Below, in pieces: positions 61,906 through 64,000 of a stretch of 64,000 bases of DNA; position 1 is the stretch's first letter, and the number at the start of each line of letters is the position of its first letter. A program made the position numbers and the translations under genes. Where the stretch lies: NCBI GenBank assembly GCA_042565725.1, contig JBHORK010000005.1:4370-68369 (forward strand), written 5' to 3'. The notes below the pieces were generated by a model. It did not search any database. It was given only the letters and a program-made list of their open reading frames with translations, and was not told the DNA's origin. Source of the stretch: Verrucomicrobiota bacterium (GTDB taxonomy: Bacteria; Verrucomicrobiota; Kiritimatiellia; UBA8416; JBHORK01).

Positions 61906-64000
61906 ATGAATAAAGATGTCAGAGAAATTTGCTTCACAGGTACACCTTCTGCAGAAGTGCCCGAAGGTGTTATCCTCGTTGGCAGCGAGGCTGATTACGT
62001 GCGTGCCTGCCAGGCGCTCGTGATGGGCGGCTGCACACTCTGGGTGACGAATAAGGCTATCTACTCCTGGCTAAAAAACTTTTGTGCACAAACTGCGCAG
62101 GCGTGCCATTTCAGAGAACTTACTTCCATCTCGGTTTTGACCGATAAATGGGGTGTCGCGGCTCCTGACTGGCTCACTGATGATATTGTTATTCAACAAG
62201 ATCTCCAGAGCATCCCCATCGAAGCTGACAGATACGACTCGTTCATGGATGCTATGCTGGCTCATGTCTACGGGGATGCAACTTTGGCTTCTGCTATTAC
62301 ATCCGAAAATGTGGCATCCATTATTACCCAGGTGGCAGCTCCCGAAGCACGACCTCGAATAGACCGATACGCCATTGTGAATGAATGCCTTCGGGAGAAG
62401 TGTGCGATATGGAGGCAGAATGCTAGCGAGGAATGGGTAGATTACGTCTGTGCTGGGCTGGAAAAGAACCCTCAGACACTATGGCGAGAGTTGACACTGT
62501 GGGCTCTTCTTTCTCAATACCCAGAACGACTCTTTGAATTTGTGGTTTCAATGCAGACGGCTTCATCTGTTCGCAAGCTGCCGATCAACACGCTGAAATC
62601 TCTCCCGCTTGAATCCGGCGGGCGAGAGCAGGCTATTGCCCAGATTGATGTTTTCTTCCGCGATATTTCACCAACCGTCACGGATCTCGGGGATTTCAGA
62701 AAAGTCCTTGCGGCCATGTCCGGTCGATTACGCAAGGAATACAGTAACTGCATCGAGCTCCTTCGTCGATTGAATATCAAACTTGAAGAGAATGACCTGT
62801 TGGCATTGAAGAAACGATTTTCCGAATGTCCTGCTCTTAGCTCAGTCATGCTCGACGAAGTCGACATGTTCATGGTTCCGGAGAAACCGGTGCTTAACAA
62901 GGATAAGGGCTCTATTGAAGCAGACGACTGGATTCAATTTGCTGATAAGTATTCACGATACCGACGATGGCAAATACGGACAGGCAGTGTCGACACGGAC
63001 TTGGAGAAGCTGGCTGTTGGATTCAGCGATTGGTACATTCAGAACTACGAAGCCATAGGGCAAATGTCATCACGGAGCTTGGTTCACACTTTGTCGGATT
63101 ACGCAAGTGTGCAAGAGAAGAATCGGCTTTGTCTGATCCTTCTGGTGGACTGCCTTCCCTTGGCTTTTACCACATTGCTGGACAGAGCGTTATCAAATGC
63201 GGGGTTTCAGAAACACCGAAGCGATTACAGGTTTGCTCCTTTACCCAGCGACACTGCTACCTCAAAACCAAAGCTACTCGCCGGATCATGGACGACAACA
63301 GATACAGACTATCGCAAGATCTTGAAACAGCGCGCCAAAGAGGAATGGAATGATCGAGCAATCTTCTATTGCTCCGCACTGAAGGATGTGCAGGAATTCG
63401 ATCCCTCATTAGACTGCGCAACGGTTGTTTTGAACTGGTTGCTTTGCGACGAGATTCTCCACTCTGACATTGAGGCTCAAGGGACCTCGTATGAAGAGGA
63501 GTTGTCCCGCTGCTTTGCACGTTTGGCCGACACAGCCAGAGCACTGTTCGACCGAGCCGAATGCCGGGAAGATGATTTCTCTATCATTGTAATGACAGAC
63601 CATGGCGCAACCAGCATCCTCTCGGAAGAAAGGCAGTCGTTTGACTCGAAAATGGTAAAAAAGCTATTTCCAGAGGAAAAGCATCGCTTCGGCATTGTGG
63701 ATACGACCGAGGCTGACTCGATTCCCGAGAATCTCTGGGCTCTGGGCTACAGATTCATTGATCCATTTGGCGAAGACAATTCTACGTACTTCATCCCAAA
63801 GGGCCACAGCACTGTGGGCGGACGTTCCTCTGCAGGATTTGTTCATGGTGGGGCCACACTGGAGGAGGTAATCGTCCAGACTAGTGTGTTTAGCCCTGCA
63901 CCAGTTTCATGGGATCTTCCCAGTACGCGGTTCCTTAATCTCAGGCAGGATTCGTCGACCGGCAAGGCTGTTTTCTACGTTCAGCGTGTGATGCCGCTGA
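61906..64000 (+). CDS. pglZ: PglZ domain protein (alkaline-phosphatase superfamily), C-terminus beyond the window
   Basis: Absent from the ORF track (no stop in window). Manual translation from ATG 61906 is open for 698 codons. CLILLVDCLPLAF, APLPSDTATSKPKLLAG (nucleophile block), IIVMTDHGATS, FVHGGATLEEVIV are the PglZ signature blocks. Confidence 0.85.
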   Translation, partial: MNKDVREICFTGTPSAEVPEGVILVGSEADYVRACQALVMGGCTLWVTNKAIYSWLKNFCAQTAQACHFRELTSISVLTDKWGVAAPDWLTDDIVIQQDLQSIPIEADRYDSFMDAMLAHVYGDATLASAITSENVASIITQVAAPEARPRIDRYAIVNECLREKCAIWRQNASEEWVDYVCAGLEKNPQTLWRELTLWALLSQYPERLFEFVVSMQTASSVRKLPINTLKSLPLESGGREQAIAQIDVFFRDISPTVTDLGDFRKVLAAMSGRLRKEYSNCIELLRRLNIKLEENDLLALKKRFSECPALSSVMLDEVDMFMVPEKPVLNKDKGSIEADDWIQFADKYSRYRRWQIRTGSVDTDLEKLAVGFSDWYIQNYEAIGQMSSRSLVHTLSDYASVQEKNRLCLILLVDCLPLAFTTLLDRALSNAGFQKHRSDYRFAPLPSDTATSKPKLLAGSWTTTDTDYRKILKQRAKEEWNDRAIFYCSALKDVQEFDPSLDCATVVLNWLLCDEILHSDIEAQGTSYEEELSRCFARLADTARALFDRAECREDDFSIIVMTDHGATSILSEERQSFDSKMVKKLFPEEKHRFGIVDTTEADSIPENLWALGYRFIDPFGEDNSTYFIPKGHSTVGGRSSAGFVHGGATLEEVIVQTSVFSPAPVSWDLPSTRFLNLRQDSSTGKAVFYVQRVMPL

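Larger units (their letters stand above)
46381..64000. mobile_element. integrated genomic (defence) island, left end at tRNA-Glu; right end beyond the window
   Basis: Recombinase abutting/overlapping a tRNA 3' end. Strand bias switches from mixed to a uniform plus-strand operon. Cargo is restriction/BREX-like genes. Composition looks different by eye (not computed). Confidence 0.6.

Overview
The window reads as a chromosomal segment from a glycan-degrading bacterium. A PVC-type origin (Kiritimatiellota/Lentisphaerota-like) is only an inference from gene content. It has three parts.

(1) 1-18.6 kb is a fucose/sialic-acid glycan utilisation locus, mostly on the minus strand. It holds three GH29 fucosidases (one truncated by the window start), GH95, GH2, a sialate O-acetylesterase, an MFS sugar porter plus a porter remnant, a URO-D-family protein, a methyltransferase-like/beta-propeller protein and an AraC regulator.

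(2) 18.9-46.3 kb holds housekeeping and envelope genes: MlaFED-like genes, pyrB-like, argF, lpxI, a PAS hybrid histidine kinase, tRNA-Arg, an LRR protein, a 3-methyladenine glycosylase, birA, GTP-PEPCK and an M28 peptidase. It also holds a duplicated LolA-like/TRL-like/TPR envelope module split by a REP-associated tyrosine transposase (RAYT) with flanking REP hairpins.

(3) From tRNA-Glu at 46.3 kb to the window end is an apparent integrated island. It opens with a large serine recombinase, then an RtcR-like (CARF-like + sigma54 AAA+ + Fis HTH) activator and a good sigma54 -24/-12 promoter. A tightly packed plus-strand operon follows: unknown 423-aa protein, Mrr-like nuclease, two small unknowns, PglX-like N6-adenine methyltransferase, BrxC/PglY-like P-loop protein and PglZ (cut by the window end).

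This BREX-like cluster does not match the gene order or content of the six classical BREX types as I recall them. It is the best candidate for a novel or poorly described defence system, together with its sigma54/CARF control.

A second recurrent signal is a family of long imperfect hairpins whose arms are built from short-period (6-9 nt, mostly 7 nt) degenerate tandem units. They lie in many intergenic regions, and heptamer arrays also occur inside or at the ends of CDSs.

All calls rest on reading the translations and sequence by eye. No searches were run.
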